Shown piece by piece: positions 48,817-62,917 of a DNA stretch of 64,000 nt. The stretch lies in the NCBI GenBank assembly GCA_964188305.1, contig OZ076885.1; one strand, 5' to 3'. Origin of the DNA: Podarcis bocagei (taxonomy: Eukaryota). How positions within the stretch are numbered: the first letter of the stretch is position 1; every line of letters begins with the position of its first letter. A program made the position numbers and the translations under genes. The notes beneath the pieces are model-generated. The model had not been told where the DNA came from, ran no database searches, and saw only the letters and a list, made by a program, of their open reading frames with translations.

Positions 48817-49122
48817 CGCAGGTGGTGCTGTGGGTTAAACCACAGAGCCTAGGACTCGCCGATCAGAAGGTCGGCAGTTCGAATCCCTGCGACTGGGTGA
48901 GCTCCTGTTGCTCAGTCCCTGCTCCTGCCAACCTAGCAGTTCGAAAGCACGTCAAAGTGCAAGTAGATAAATATGTACCGCTCCGGCCGGAAGGTAAACA
49001 GCATTTCTGTGTGCTGCTCTGGTTTGCCAGAAGCAGCTTAGTCATGCTGGCCACATGACCCGGAAGCTGTAATCCGGCTCCCTCGGCCAATAAAGCGAGA
49101 GGGTCAAGGGTCCCTTTACCTT
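48817..49122 (+). mobile_element. Sauria SINE (Squam1), internally deleted
   Basis: TSD tactgt(c/t)tctaaa; ctttaccttt tail. Confidence 0.9.
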
Positions 49123-50418
49123 TACTGTTTCTAAAATATACATTGTTACTGTCTGTAATTGTTTAATTGTGCCGTAGATTCATAGACCTCATGAGGGAGG
49201 GGGTTGTTGGCATTAAGTATGGCAAAGCCACAATGACCCAACCCCCCTCACTTTTCCAGCTTGTATTTGTGGAAGCTCCCTGCACTTTTCAAACCCTTGT
49301 TTCCAATAGTTGTAAAAAAACATAGATGAATTGAGGAGGTGGCCTATTTCAAAAGGTCAAATTATTACTAAATTTGTACAAAAATCTCCTCTGCTGGGGA
49401 GAGGGCACAGGCCAGACAGCCATTTTTCTAGCCCACCTCAGTCTGTACCCTCTACTCAATAAAGGAGATTATGGGGACTCTCTGAATGGTCAGCTGCATT
49501 GAATTCTGAAGCCTAGGAAAAAAGGCTCTTGACCAGATAGGGAATACCCCAATTGCCTTTCTAAATATGGGCTGTCCATATATCCCAGGAACCTAATAAT
49601 CAGACACCCCCGATCAGTTCTATTCAAAGCTACATGCTTAGAAGTATTCTGTACTGTGTGTGACCAGTCAGCTGATGGGCTCAGAAACTTAAGGAAAATC
49701 TTCCACTTGGCAGCAGCTTATGCCTCTTCCCCCTCCCTCCCTCACTGCAACTGCATAGATTTCCCACTGTTATTATACATGGCTGGCTTATGGTAGACCG
49801 CAGAGGTCAAAATGGGATCACTTCACATGAAATCGGCAGCTTTGAAGCAGTGCAAAATAATAATAATTTTTTAAAACCCCAAAGGCTTTCGTGAACCATC
49901 CCCCCCAAAGTGTGATGGATCTCGTTGCTGCAACTGAAGAACAGCATTCCGTCTTGTCATAAAGATTTTAATTTCAAATCTGAGATCTGTGTGGTTCGCA
50001 ATGGTCCACAGTACTGCAGTTATTCAATGCTTTGTGTGTGGGGAGGGGGCACCGAGACAAGCATGGGTGGGCTGTTCACATGAAGCTCATACCAAAGAGC
50101 AAAATGAAATCACTGACTGATTGACTGAAAAGGAAATCTAGCAGTTCTCCTTTCTTCAGGTTAAAAGAAGGCTAACCCTTTAAAGTTATTTTGATCTCTT
50201 TGTATGCTGATCTCTTTTTAGTAGAAAGATGAAGAAAAAGAAGAAACTAAATAGTTGAAAAGTGTAGTAACAACAACAATAATAATGCCAACAACAATGA
50301 ATGCTTTCTGGTAATTTGATAAAGCTGGTGGGTACTGCCAGAATATAACTTTTTGTATACTTTTTACTTTGGATGGTTCCATTTTCTCAATATAATTCTT
50401 ACCATGGATCTTTGCATC

Positions 50419-50555
50419 CAGTGCTATTTTTCTAGGAAAAGAGGTGCCAGAACTCACCATGAACACCTCCCCTGTTCTCTTATAATGGCAATGGTGCCCA
50501 CCTGAGAGGGAATGGAACTGAGTTCCAGAGAGTTCCGTCTGAAAAAAAAGCCCTG
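50419..50555. mobile_element. hAT MITE (CAGTGCTATTTTT family)
   Basis: TSD tttgcatc / tctgcacc. Confidence 0.75.
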
Positions 50556-50688
50556 TCTGCACCCAATAAAAATGACTTATGAGGGTGAATGGGATAGTTT
50601 TGGGGAATACTTTTAAAAATATGATACTAAAACCAATCTGCAAGTGGAGTAATTCTATAAACAACAGTTAAACAACTAAGAATTACAA

Positions 50689-50999
50689 CAGGGGTGAGCA
50701 ACAGGGGGCCGGTCCACCGTCCCTCAGACCTTATGGGGGGCCAGACTATATCTTGGGGGGGGGAATGAACAAATTCCTATGCCCCACAAATAACCCAGAG
50801 ATTCCTTTTAAATAAAAGCACACATTCTACTCATGTAAAAACACCAAGCAAGCCCCACAAATAACCCAGAGATGCATTTTAAATAAAAGGACACATTCTA
50901 CTCATGTAAAAACATGCTGATTCCTGGACCCTCCGTGGGCTGGATTAAGAAGGCAATTGGGCCACATCCGGCCCCCAGGCCTTAGGTTGCCTAGCCCTG
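50689..50999. mobile_element. hAT Charlie-type MITE (OC1-like) with an internal 71-bp duplication
   Basis: Perfect 8-bp TSD aattacaa; TIR caggg..gcaac / gttgcc..ccctg. Confidence 0.85.
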
Positions 51000-53402
51000 A
51001 ATTACAATGAGAAAACTAGGGAGGGGTTTTATACTGATATGCAGCATAAGCTAGGTTTGTTAAGAATGCCATGGAAGGTAAAGGTTGGGAAGTATCCACA
51101 AAATCTTTGTATGATGGTAAATTGTGTGTAAATAGAAAAAATGGGAAATGCACATGAGAAGACTTACAAATTTAATCCACAATGTTCTGAAAAGCCTGAC
51201 AACATCAGGGGCTTCAGGTAAATTCTCTGGGATTTCATGTCCACCCAGACAATGGCACCTTCTTAGGTTTTGGTTCCCGGTACGGGACAGATAACATTTG
51301 CCAGGGCTTGATAGGATGGGGCCCAGTGAATAGACCATTGAGTCCCTATCCCAGGCTGCCTTCTATGTGCTCTCAGTGGGTGTAGTCATGCAAACCGTAA
51401 CTAGGAGAATTTGACAAGATGGACCCTTGTCAAAACACAAATTAATTTAAAACCCCACTTTGTGACTCAGTTCTCTCTTGAATTCTCCCACATGTTGACT
51501 ATGATCACAGAATGCTTCCTTATATAAGCTCGGGTTTTGTCTGTCTAGGCCAGTATTGTCTACTCTGACTGGCCAGTGGCTGTCCAAGGTCTCAGGTAGA
51601 GGCCTGTCTAATCAAACACTACTTGAGATTCTCAGGGCTGGAGATTTGGGGGGTTGGACCTGGTATCGTTTGCCTGTAAGGTGTGTGAGAAAGAACACAA
51701 ACTTCTGAAACAACCTTTTTTAAGCATTAGGTATTTAAAATAAAATTTAAAAATCTGAAAAACGGCCTCCAAAGCTGCAAGGGCCTCTGGGTCACAAACC
51801 CAGCATTGGAAAATTCCACTTCTTCAGGTAGAAAACTGTGGCAACCTTTGCATCAGACAGTCACCCTCTGTGAAATGCCACAGGCTCCGAAAGATCCCTC
51901 CGTTTTGTTTCTAAGCTACCACTTGCTGCATTAGTCATTTCTGCCAGCTGCCCACAATATCGATATTTTTATTTCTTGTTATGTATTCTCCCCCACCCCA
52001 CGTTGTCTCCATTTCTAAGGCTGGGAGAGAAACACAGTCCTGCAACCCACATAGCCATCCTAAATATTGTGCTTTTCTGATTATATCCTTTCTATTTTAT
52101 AATGTTTTGCCTGCATGTATAATGCTTTTATCTGTTGTTATTTTGAGCTTCCAGATTTGGGGGGTGGGGTGGAGGGGGAAGGTGGTTTGTTGTGGCTGAA
52201 GCACGAGAAAGCTTCAGAAATTCAGAGATGTAATTCACGTAACAAATCCAATTTGTACAGGACACAGCTTATTTAAATGAGCAGAACCCTCATTTAAGGG
52301 GAAGAGAGAACGTTTTGATCCACTTGTACTTGGGAGCAGCTAGACTGTGTGTTCTAAAGACAAAATTATCTGGCCAAGTTGTCCTGGAGTGTTGTCACAG
52401 GCGAAAGAACACCCAAGTCACATTGCGGTTTGTGCCTCCCAGTCTCCTGGAAACCATTTCCCGGCCTGTCTCTTGCACCACAGTCCGCAAGCAATCCACT
52501 TCTATTTGTTTCGAGTAATAACTCCAGAGTTAAGCTGCACGACAGGGTTGGGAATCCCAGACACTCCAAATGATTCAGTGTTATCTGAAAGGGTCACCAA
52601 TCTGCCGTTGGGGAGGGAGTTTGCTTTCCTTTGCACAGAGCCACTGGCAACCTCATCCCAAGCAACTTCAGTTATGTTTGGATATCTCTGAGTCAAGTTT
52701 AGACCTATTAAGGAAGCAGGGATTTCCAAACTGCCATGTGATGATGACATGCGCTATGTGAAAATGCTAATTATACTGTGCCCGTTCATTCATTTTTTTA
52801 TTTTTTTTAAAGCAGGTCAGAGAGGAAAGGAGGTCTTTTTGTCTTTCACCCCTCATTGCAGAATCACATGGCTCCTTTTCTCATGACTTACTTGCATGCC
52901 GATGCGGCTTGTGTCTTCTCTTCTCCCTTACATCCCTTTCATCCCACTCGCATCAAGTCAGACTTTCAGATCTTCAGAGCGATGTTATACAAACAACCCT
53001 ATTATTCATTGGCACCCCCCTCTTCTCAGTTTCCCTCCTCCAGAGGGCTTGTTCTAATTTGTGGCTTGTTCTAGGATAGCCTTTCAGATGTCAAACCCTA
53101 AACTTAAATGCCCTGGGTGCAGGCTGAGGTAAAAATTATTTCCAATTATATACCCCTACAGTTATGGGTGGTGGTTAACTCAGTTTTATTTAATGTAGAA
53201 CCACTGAAATTAATGGAGCTAAGCAATCTTCATTAATGTTAATGGGTCTACTCTAGGTAAAACTTAGCTGAATAACATCCTATGCTCAGGGCCAGGGCCA
53301 TGGGTCAGCACCCCTGGGCGTCTGCACAGTCCCATGTCCATGCAGGGAGACCACTGCTAACCCCTGGAGCCTCTTAGCCCTGCTCCTCCTCCCCGCTCTC
53401 AA

Positions 53403-53970
53403 TGTCATGGACTGGCCGGATGCTGAGGAGCGGTGCAAGGCATCAGCTAGGGAACCTCCAAGGGAAGAAAGCTCACAGCCCGGAAATTGGTGGTGGGACA
53501 ACGATGAGTGGTCAGAGGGAGAAGATGGAGCAGACTGGGAGGAGGAGGTGTCAGTTAGAGGTAACCGGGTTTAGTGAGCAGGGAGAGTCTATGGCAGACA
53601 GAAGTCCAGAAGCAGGAGGGAGGCCAAGAGGCAGAGATTAGTCAGGCTTGCGAATAAGCTGCAGCAAGCTCCCCTCCTCACCCAGTCTCCCAGGAACTGG
53701 AGAGGTATGAAATGAGAGGAGCAGAGGCAGGCACGTCGGTATAGTCTCAGATTGCTTAGGAAGGACTTGGGAGAGGAGGAGTCTTAGGTAGCTGTGGGAA
53801 GGCCCTTCAGTCTCCACAACTGTCTCCCAAGGGTAAGCCATACCATGAAGAGTTGCTGTGGCTGGCACCCCTGAGCAGACCCTGCATCTTCCAATAAAGA
53901 GTTGACTTCCCTGACACCATGTGTGATTTATTTCTGTCCAACCCACCACACACAAACACCACTACTGACA
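53403..53970 (+). mobile_element. Solo-LTR-like element (TGTCA...TGACA)
   Basis: Purine-rich body, aataaagagttg near the 3' end; homologous to the reverse copy at 16.6-17.1 kb. Confidence 0.65.
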
Positions 53971-56269
53971 GAGCAGCTTGCAACAATTGCAACCTGATGG
54001 AGTAATAAAACTGCTAGCATATTTTCAAAACTAAGTAGGGTCCGGCATGGTTTAAAATTGGATGGGTGACTGTGTGTTGATATTCCTGCATTGCAGGGGA
54101 TTGGACCAGATGACTCTGGGGCTCCCTTCCAACTCTGCAATTTTATGGTGTTACGATTTTCAATCCAATCAAAAATCACAATATCATTATACATTCAACG
54201 AAAACACTAAAAAATACAACAGAAGCAGAGACCACAGATGGACACAATCTCTAAATAAAGCACCAGGTACTTAGCAGGCACAAACCCGCTGGAGTACAAA
54301 AGAAAGAAATGTTGAATGATAGCCAGAGAAAGGGCCATGTGAGCTACCTGGGGCATACTCTACCATAATGTTGGTGCAGCCACCAAGAAGGCCCTGTATC
54401 TCTTGCCACCATCAACTATTGCTCTGCTCCACCTATGGTGGAATACAAAAAAGGCCTACCTGTCCACCTGCCTTCTCCAAGCAAGGACCACAACAAGGAG
54501 TTGAAGCCAAGGACTTTATTTTGTGAGGGTTTAAAACCAAATAGGCTACAGTATCTCATATACAACATTGTGGAAGACCTGGCTGGCACGTGGAGAGTGG
54601 AAAATAGGTTGCAACCTGGAGACACCTTTAAATGCTGCTGAATCTAGAGCGGAGGGTTCTCCTGTTTGTTCCTTCCCTTCTCTCTTTCCGCTCTACTGCA
54701 ACATGGGACTTCAGACTGTTACGTAGCAAGCAGAAGTAGGTGATAAGGCTGGGGGAAATGACAGGTGCACCATCTTCTGCTCCAGCTCTTAATTTAAAGG
54801 TAGGAAGAAATGAGGAACTCTAAGCAGAATGACGGCCCATCCCATAGGCTTAAAGGCATTTTTGAAGGACAGCCACAGAAGCTGCTCTAGAATACTACAA
54901 GCTGGTTTTAAAAAGGGTGAGGGGAGATGGTGAAGGTGTGGCGGAAACTGCCAGAACTGACTGGGGATCTTACACACAATGCAGCCTTTAAGCAGTTTTG
55001 TTTAGGGATGGGAGGGGGAAAATATAAATTGGATTTTGTTTGCTTTTTAAGGAGAAACAAGGTAATTTGCTACTCTTGAACCAATGTGTCAAGCAAAACA
55101 CAGTTATCCTTCAAGATTTGCACTTTTCTGAATTTTGTGGTGCACTTCTCCAACCAAATAACGTGTACAATAATGTATCTATTTCAGGGGAAATTGCATG
55201 CAAAAATGTGAAGAAATCTGCACTAAAACATTGACAAATTTTCATGAGTTGTTTTTTTAAAAAGCTAACTGACAAAGAAATAATAATGAAATGATTGGAA
55301 AATTAGAAACCGAAACTGACGCATTCACTCCTAGTTGTGTTTAAAGGAATCTGTTCTAGTACAATAAGACACACATGCTTCCAATAACTCAAATCCAGCC
55401 AACATCCAACTGCGCTTTGTTTGCAATCCATTACGTTAACCCGGCTGAACTTTGTTAACTGCGAAATTAACAATAGTTATAGCTCTCCTGTCCCAGACAT
55501 TTGCCTTCCTTTTCCACTCCCTGAGTCACTAGAGGGCAACATTTGCTTTCTTATTCAGCATCTCATTCCCAACAATAAACCCATCATCCTAAGCTCCCAA
55601 TATCAGCAGCTGTTAGTTGTCCCCCTTTCCCCACAATTTACTGTATCAATTATTTTAAGGCTCTATTACTCTCCCAATTCTGAGATGTGTAACTTAAAAA
55701 GAAGACAAAACATTTATTGGTTATTGGTTATTTATTTACTGAAATTGTAACACTTGTCTGCAAAAGGCACTCTTCATAACTGCAGAAGGCACTTTCTCTA
55801 ATTATGAGATTTCCCAATCCTGTTTGACAGCTTTAGATGACTTGCTGTTCAAAAGCTTCATTTCTAACTTTTTTGCTATTCTATCAGAACGATGAAAGGA
55901 CTCCCAGCATTGTCTGGGGGATAGCTTTGATTAGTTTAATCATTTTATGTCGGCAGACAGCACAGAGTATACTCTATTAATGGTTATTGAACAGCTGTTG
56001 GGCTCGCATTGCACTCAGGCTGTAAAGTAGGCAGCTTATATTCAAATGGAGGCAAATAAAACCAAGCGGCAGGAATTACTAGTTGTGTTTCAATTTCCCC
56101 CAAGTGTACACATAATTTAATTGTACTTTTGTGTGGTTTCAGTTATCTAGGATGACAGAGGATAGGATATTGGCAGGAAGCGATTAATTATTTGGGCTCC
56201 AAAGGAAGTGAGCTAGTCTGCGGCTATTTGAAGCACACCATTGTATTATCATGGTGACTATTGGCAGGA

Positions 56270-56511
56270 CAGTCAAACCTCAGTTCCCAAATGTCTCCGT
56301 TTTGGAACATTTTGGCTCCTGAACACTGAAAACCCGGAAGTAACTGCTCCAGTTTTTGAATGATTTTTGGAAGCCCAATGGCTTCTGAGCTGTGTTTTTC
56401 ATTCCCCCCCCATTGACTTTGCAGCCAGCCCATTGATCCTCGGTTTTCGAACTTTTCAGAAGCCAAATGATCTTCCTGAACGGATTAAGTTCGAAAACCG
56501 AGGTTCTACTG
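56270..56511. mobile_element. Older Tigger/pogo-type MITE
   Basis: cagtcaaacctc.gtt ... aaccgaggttctactg degenerate TIRs. Confidence 0.65.
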
Positions 56512-59500
56512 GACTATGCCTAATTTGACTGCAGTAATTGGTAATTATAGAGTTAAATATTGTCTCAAATTATTATTGCACTCTACCCTTTAGCTTGTTA
56601 TTGTTGTTGCTTTCATTTCCCTACATAGTTGTGTGTTAGCCTGTTCATCAGTAACACGATGCTAAGGCCATAAACTGGATCGGAGCCTGCACGGGTAATC
56701 TGGATAAAACTGGGGTGGGGAATCCCATTGAAGTGAATTTTTCCTTAGGCAAATTGTTGGCATGGGGGTGCAGGTGGTGTATGTGATATGAATTGGGGCC
56801 ATTGTGTGTGTGCGTGGGGAGGAATGTAGCCCTGCCTGCACCCCATGCTAGGATCCTAATCCAAATCTCTCTCACACACCCATGCTGGCAAATGTTGTGT
56901 GTGTGCTTAAAACATCCTGCTCTTGTGAGTTAACATATTGTCCAGCTTTGTCCTGAGTTGCCATGCCCTTAACTCTTTTCCTCCCCAGCCCCTGCCACGC
57001 ACAGGAAATTAAAAAGCAGTGCCCGGCAACATTTAGGCAGCCACGTTTAGAACATGTCTTTATCTGTTGGCGTGTTCGATTATAGCCCAGCTCATTCCAC
57101 CATGTTCTAAGATGCAGGAAAGCATCCTATACTGATTTTGACCCACAGTTCCACATCCTGGTCAACTCTGTATAATTCCGCTGGTTGGGGTGTGCTGAGG
57201 ACAGGCCAAATATACCTCCCGAAAAGGCAGGGGGGGATATTACAGGAGTGGTGTGTGGGCACACATTGTCCTGAACTCCCTGGGGCTTCCTGTTGTCAGC
57301 CATGGGTCCTCATTTTGAATTAGGCACAGTTTCTATGTCAAAAGCACACATCACAAATTGAAATGGCACATCTGCTCCAGGAAGGAAAAGTGTATAGTCA
57401 AGAGAGAGGCTATATACAGTGACTCTTTTTAAATCCTGAATCTGCAGGGAGCTGCATCTCAGCAGGGAAGGAAGCAGGTAGAGGAGTCTGCGCAGAGAGC
57501 CCTCAGAAGTCTAAAATAAGTGGGATCCAGTGTCATAAAATAACACCCCCCCAAAAAAAAAACCACACCAGTTTAAACAACTTATTTCTCATAGCTATCC
57601 AGTTTCTTCTAGATCAGGAATGGGCAGACTGACTTATGGGACCTATTTTATTGGGGGGGGGGGGTTGTTGCTTGAACCCAGGTCAACCAACCTGAGCCAG
57701 GTGGAAAAGGAATATTGTTAGAATCAAAGGTTTTCTGTGAACAATTCTGAGCCAAGAAACTATTTTTCAGCATTGGAACGGAACTGGGTTCAAATTCCTT
57801 TCGCAGAAAAGAGCCCACTCCTAGTGAGTTTTCTTCGTTCCAGTAGCCTAATTTAGGAGCCAGAAACCCTTGCAGCTCACTGTGAGATCTATCAACAGAT
57901 CCTGATCCACTTTCTGGCCAGCCCTGACTCCTTGAGATCGTATGAATTTCTAGCCTTCTAAACCCTGTGACAGGCGATAACTAGGTTGAAGTGGGGGAGG
58001 CCCCTCAAGGAGCCATCAACCTCTAAATCTCCACTAATTGCAGCTTTGCTCACATGGATAATACATCAGTCACAGGCTCACAGCTGAACCTTCAACAATT
58101 AGCAAGCATCTCCTGTAGTTTTGGTTTTAAGAAATGGAGAACGCTGCAAGCTGCCAACCGTTTTACTCCTGTCATCTTAACTGAGAAGGAAGTCCTTACT
58201 CCCAGGAGAGGGTATTGTGGATGGCAGCCTAAGTGCCAAAGAAAGAACGGATCCGTGCTTTCTGACCGGTCAGCCTGTTGAGCGAGTCAGCTGGATGAGT
58301 CAACAAAAGGTCTAGGCTTCTGTACAGTCTGTTTCATCTGTAAAATGGACAATACCGCTACTTACCTGCCTTGCATATAGGTGACGCTGTGATGCTGAGC
58401 AAAGGGTTGTCAAGTATTTGACAGTTGTAAAATATTGCCAAATATACCATGAATTCAGAAATGTGCAGATACTGGCTTGGTTTTCTTACTGCACCATGTC
58501 CTCATCTAGTAACAAGGGCAGGAGTAAATGTTTCTTGGTCTCCTGTACTACAGAATGGATACACATACTGCCCCTCCTACATTTGTTGCACATAGAACTA
58601 ATATTCACCTTGCTTTAATTACCAGGTCAGTGTATTGATCTGTTATTTCACAGAGAGGGAAGGAGAGAGGGAGATGGTTGCAGCACATAGGATAATATAC
58701 ACTTTATTAGTCTCATGGTGGTGCTCCTGTGAATTGTTCCCTGGTACATCTCACTTGCAAAACACGCTGGGTAGTACTCAGCTAAGTTTTACTCAGAGTA
58801 GATCCTGTGAAATTAATAAACATGACTAAGTGAGGTCTATGAATTTTAATGGGTCTACTCTTGAGTAAATCTTACTTGAATACCACCCGTTGAGCTTTAA
58901 CAAATGATCCGCAGCTAGCTAAAATGGAACCTTGTGCTTTTAATGAGAAAGGGAAACCGACTTGTAAAGAAGTGTTCACATTTAAGCTGCTAGTGTGAAG
59001 CAGGGACCACAGCAAAGCAAAGGAAAGCTGTACCCAGCCTCTGCTTAAATTGCTAATCCGTCAGAAATGTGAAAACTTTGTTATCACGTCATTCGCTTGC
59101 CAGAGGAAAAGGTCTGGCAGATGATATTGTGTCTGCTCTTCCGGAGCTTTGCTCCCATGAAATTCCCCTTTCATTTGACTTCTACCCTAAGTTCCAGCCA
59201 AAGTTGGAAGAGTTAAGCCTTTGTTTTTTACATATCAAATGGCCAACCCAACAAATCAGTTTGGGGGATAAACCAGTCAGATGCCCTGGTGTTCACCTTT
59301 TGGAATCATTGTGTACTCATACAAAGCAATCCTTTCTTATTTGGAAAACAAAAGTGAGCTTCAATGAAGCATTATGTAATTGATTTTTAATAGCAGTTTC
59401 AATTTCATTTCAGTCCTCCAGAACCATTTGGAGAAAGCCTTGCGTGGGAAACAATCTGAGCAAACTTAGAACTTGTTAATGCGGGGCCTGGATGTAGTTG

Positions 59501-59724
59501 CTAAAAAAGACATGCTATGTAGGAAGAGGCTATAATTTTCAGTGCTATCTTTGGACTTGGAGGAATGCCCAGGATAGGGACAAATTGAATTGTTACCGCG
59601 AAAAAATTAAGAATCACCTTCCCCAGCAATAATGATTGCCTGGGAATAATTTTTTGATAGTTACATTAAAACACATTTTTGATTCCTGTATGTAGTTAAA
59701 AAAAACAAAAACCCACATGACTCC

Positions 59725-59862
59725 ATACCCTCCAACATTTCTCCAATGAACATAGGGGTGTCCTAAGGAAAAGTGGGATATTCCAGGATCAGATCAAAAA
59801 CCGGGACGGCTTCTGTAAATCTGGGATTGCCCATGGTTAAATAGGGACACTTGGAGGGTCTG
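59725..59862. mobile_element. DNA-transposon-like MITE (cataccctccaa ... ttggagggtctg)
   Basis: Inverted termini; related copies at about 8915-9042, 10289-10385 and 20705-20742. Confidence 0.65.
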
Positions 59863-62575
59863 CCACATGCCCCAGCTGTGGTCACTCCTTTATCACTTGG
59901 GGCAGGCGCTGAGCATAGACGGCTTTGCAGGGTACCAGCCATCACTGTCAAATACTACCAGAGCGCTCAGAGCAAGGCAGTTTAATAGGCAGAACCTTCA
60001 TTGCCGTGGGCATTTGCTAACCCAGAAGTTATTCTCATCTGCAAGAATTCTGTGAACCAAATTGGTAACACTATTTATAAACCACCTCCCAGCATCAATG
60101 GAATCATAATGAATTGTTCCAGACATTAACTAATTTTGTTTGTAGTGCCGAGGACTAGGCTAAGTCTGGTTGTTGACACAAATTCCTCTGTGGGTAATAA
60201 GAAAAATCTATGCACAAGATAAGGCATCTGGGAAAGAGAGAGAGAAAAATACTGTTCCACATAGTGGATGCCATTGCTATAGGCACTGGTGTCTTTCTTG
60301 CAGAGTGCAGGAAAATGAATAATATAACCGTGTGACTAATTATTAATGATTTTGAGCGGAGGATAACATAGCATGTTGGGAGACAGAAAGCAGAATAGTT
60401 TTAATGTTGACACCAAAGCATAGAACTTTAAAAAGACACAGAAGCTTGAGAACTCAAGGAGGTGGAAGTACAGCTACGTGGGAGGTGAGGAGGAAGAAGA
60501 TGCAAAAAGAATATTGTAGAGAAAAGAAGCTGAATCCTGAAGCAGCATTAAAGATTAAGGGTGTGGAGCATGGACCTGTGTTATGGTCCTGTATCTTCCT
60601 CATAGAGCTGCTGACGTAATAAAACCAAAGTGACATATGCAGAAAACTACCTATGGGCTCATCCAGACGAACAGTTTATTCCTCATTCATCCTGATTTGT
60701 AAGAAAAAAGGACTTTTTTGTGGACAATATTTCTATGATATATTAGGAAACATTGAATTGGATTCTGTTTTGCACCTTGCCCTTTAAGCATTTGTGGTTT
60801 GTTTGTTTTTACACTTGTCTTTTTTTTAAAGCTACCCTAAAAAGAGAGAGAGAGAATGAGATTCAGAGAGAGATCCATTATGCACCCGAATCCCTCCCAC
60901 TAAGCAGTGATGGTCTGGGATAACAACACTTGAATCTAGAGATGCTACTAAATCCTAGATAACTAAGATTGGGGAGAGGACTTCCTGAGGTTCTGTGAAC
61001 GCACCCAGTCAGAGTCCGAAACTGACTCTGATTCCTGCAACGCAAGGGGTTTGACTAGATGACCCTCAGGGTCCCTTCCAGCTATGATTCTATGATATAA
61101 TTCATGGTCTGTTAAAAATAAATCTGGATATGCATGGCTAGCACAAATTGCCCACCCAGTTCCATATCTTATGCTACAAACTAGGAGGACCAGAAGCTAA
61201 TTTTTAAATAGAAAAAGGGAAATTATATGTGGATTTCTAGGGTCCGGCACCATTTCCCAGATTTTGCAGCTGAAGTAATATTCTATGCTCTGCCACAGAC
61301 TCTCAACACACAGATTTTTCCGGATGTTCTTAATAACCACAGGTTTTTCCAGATGTTCTTCATAAGGCCAGGTGTTGACATAATTAAGAAGAGAACAAAT
61401 GTGGTTTCTGTGCCTGATGTCACTTACACTGTCATGTAGGAGTCTATACTATTAAGAACCTGGCTAGATCTTAGTGGTAACATCATGGCAAATTGTTATG
61501 CATGAAGGACACACTTCTGGGAAGAATCTGAGCATATATAACCTAGGGTTACTAATAACTAGCCTGATGGACGTGATTTGTTGGCATTTTAAATGCACCA
61601 CATTCCATTTTGAGAGGCAGGGAAGCGTGAAGATTGCTAACCTTGTCAGCCCTACTTGATATGCTTATTCTTCTCTTATTTAGAAAGCAAAATGCAGTAT
61701 TTTCCCATCAACACGACCTCCTTTCTAGTCATGTCTATACGAAATGGTTGTTTCCCAGTGACCTTTCATCAAACAAAACTATCCTGATTTGAAACAGTTC
61801 ACTCCCTCTACCAAATGGAAGCCATTGTGGTACCCTCCAGATATTCTGGATTTCAGGGCCCAGCTCTACTACTAGGCAGAGTGAGAAAGTGCCTCAGGCG
61901 GCAGATGCTTGAGGGTGGCAGTGGCCATCTTGGGGCTGCCACCCTGGCAGCAAAATGTGTTGGGCCAGTAGACTCCAGCTAACATCACCCCTGATCATTG
62001 GCTGTCCTGACAGGAACTGACAGGAATTGTAATCCATATTTAGAGAACATCATGTCTGTTCCACCAACGACTGGCATAAATTAGGAAGTCTTTGCTTCCT
62101 GGACTCACTAAACTGCCCAACATTTGGAATACGTTGAATCTGAACTAACCTCATTAGGATGGAAATGGAAAAACTCAAAATAAACTTTCATTCCCTGATT
62201 GGCTTTTCACAAGCCCTGCCTCTTATGGTCTTATGTGGCACTGTGTGTCATGTCCACATGACACCTTTCAAGGGCATTCAAATCTCATTATATTCTTTCC
62301 CCTCAAAGAATTTTGGGCACTGTAGTTCACCCTTCACAGCATTACAGTTCCCAAAAACCTTTAGCAAACTACGGTGCCCAGAAGTCAAGGGTAGCTTTTC
62401 CATTCTAAGACTTTGGACCTTAAATTGAGCTTTGGAAATAAATTTTGGCTCACAGGACTCTGTGAGTTTCACCAAGGCTCAAAACCTCAAACAAATGAAG
62501 GCAAGGCATGAAGATATTTTAAAGATCCCTATTAATAAAACAACTACAAACATTTCTAAATTGTCCAGGAAGGTA

Positions 62576-62917
62576 AAAAAGTAAAGGTAAAGGACCCCTG
62601 ACAGTTAAGTCCAGTTGTGAATGACTCTGCGGTTGCGGCACTCATCTCACTTTACTGGCTGCAGACAGTTTTTCCAGGTCATGTGGCCAGCATGACTAAG
62701 CTGCTTCTGGTGAAACCAGAGCAGCGCATGGAAACGCCATTTACCTTCCCACCAGAGCGGTACCTACTTGCACTTTGATGTGCTTTCAAACTGCTAGGTT
62801 GGCAGGAGCAGGGACCAAGCAATGGGAGCTCACCCCATCACGGGGATTCAAACCGCTGGCCTTCTGATCGGCAAGCCCTAGGCTCAGTGGTTTAGACCAC
62901 AGTGCCACCTGTATCCT
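62576..62917 (-). mobile_element. Sauria SINE (Squam1)
   Basis: TSD t(t/c)gtccag(g/a)aggta. Confidence 0.9.

Noticed and set aside
52315-52761. Cluster of overlapping ORFs as a processed pseudogene
   Set aside because: No recognisable homology, poly(A) tail or TSD.
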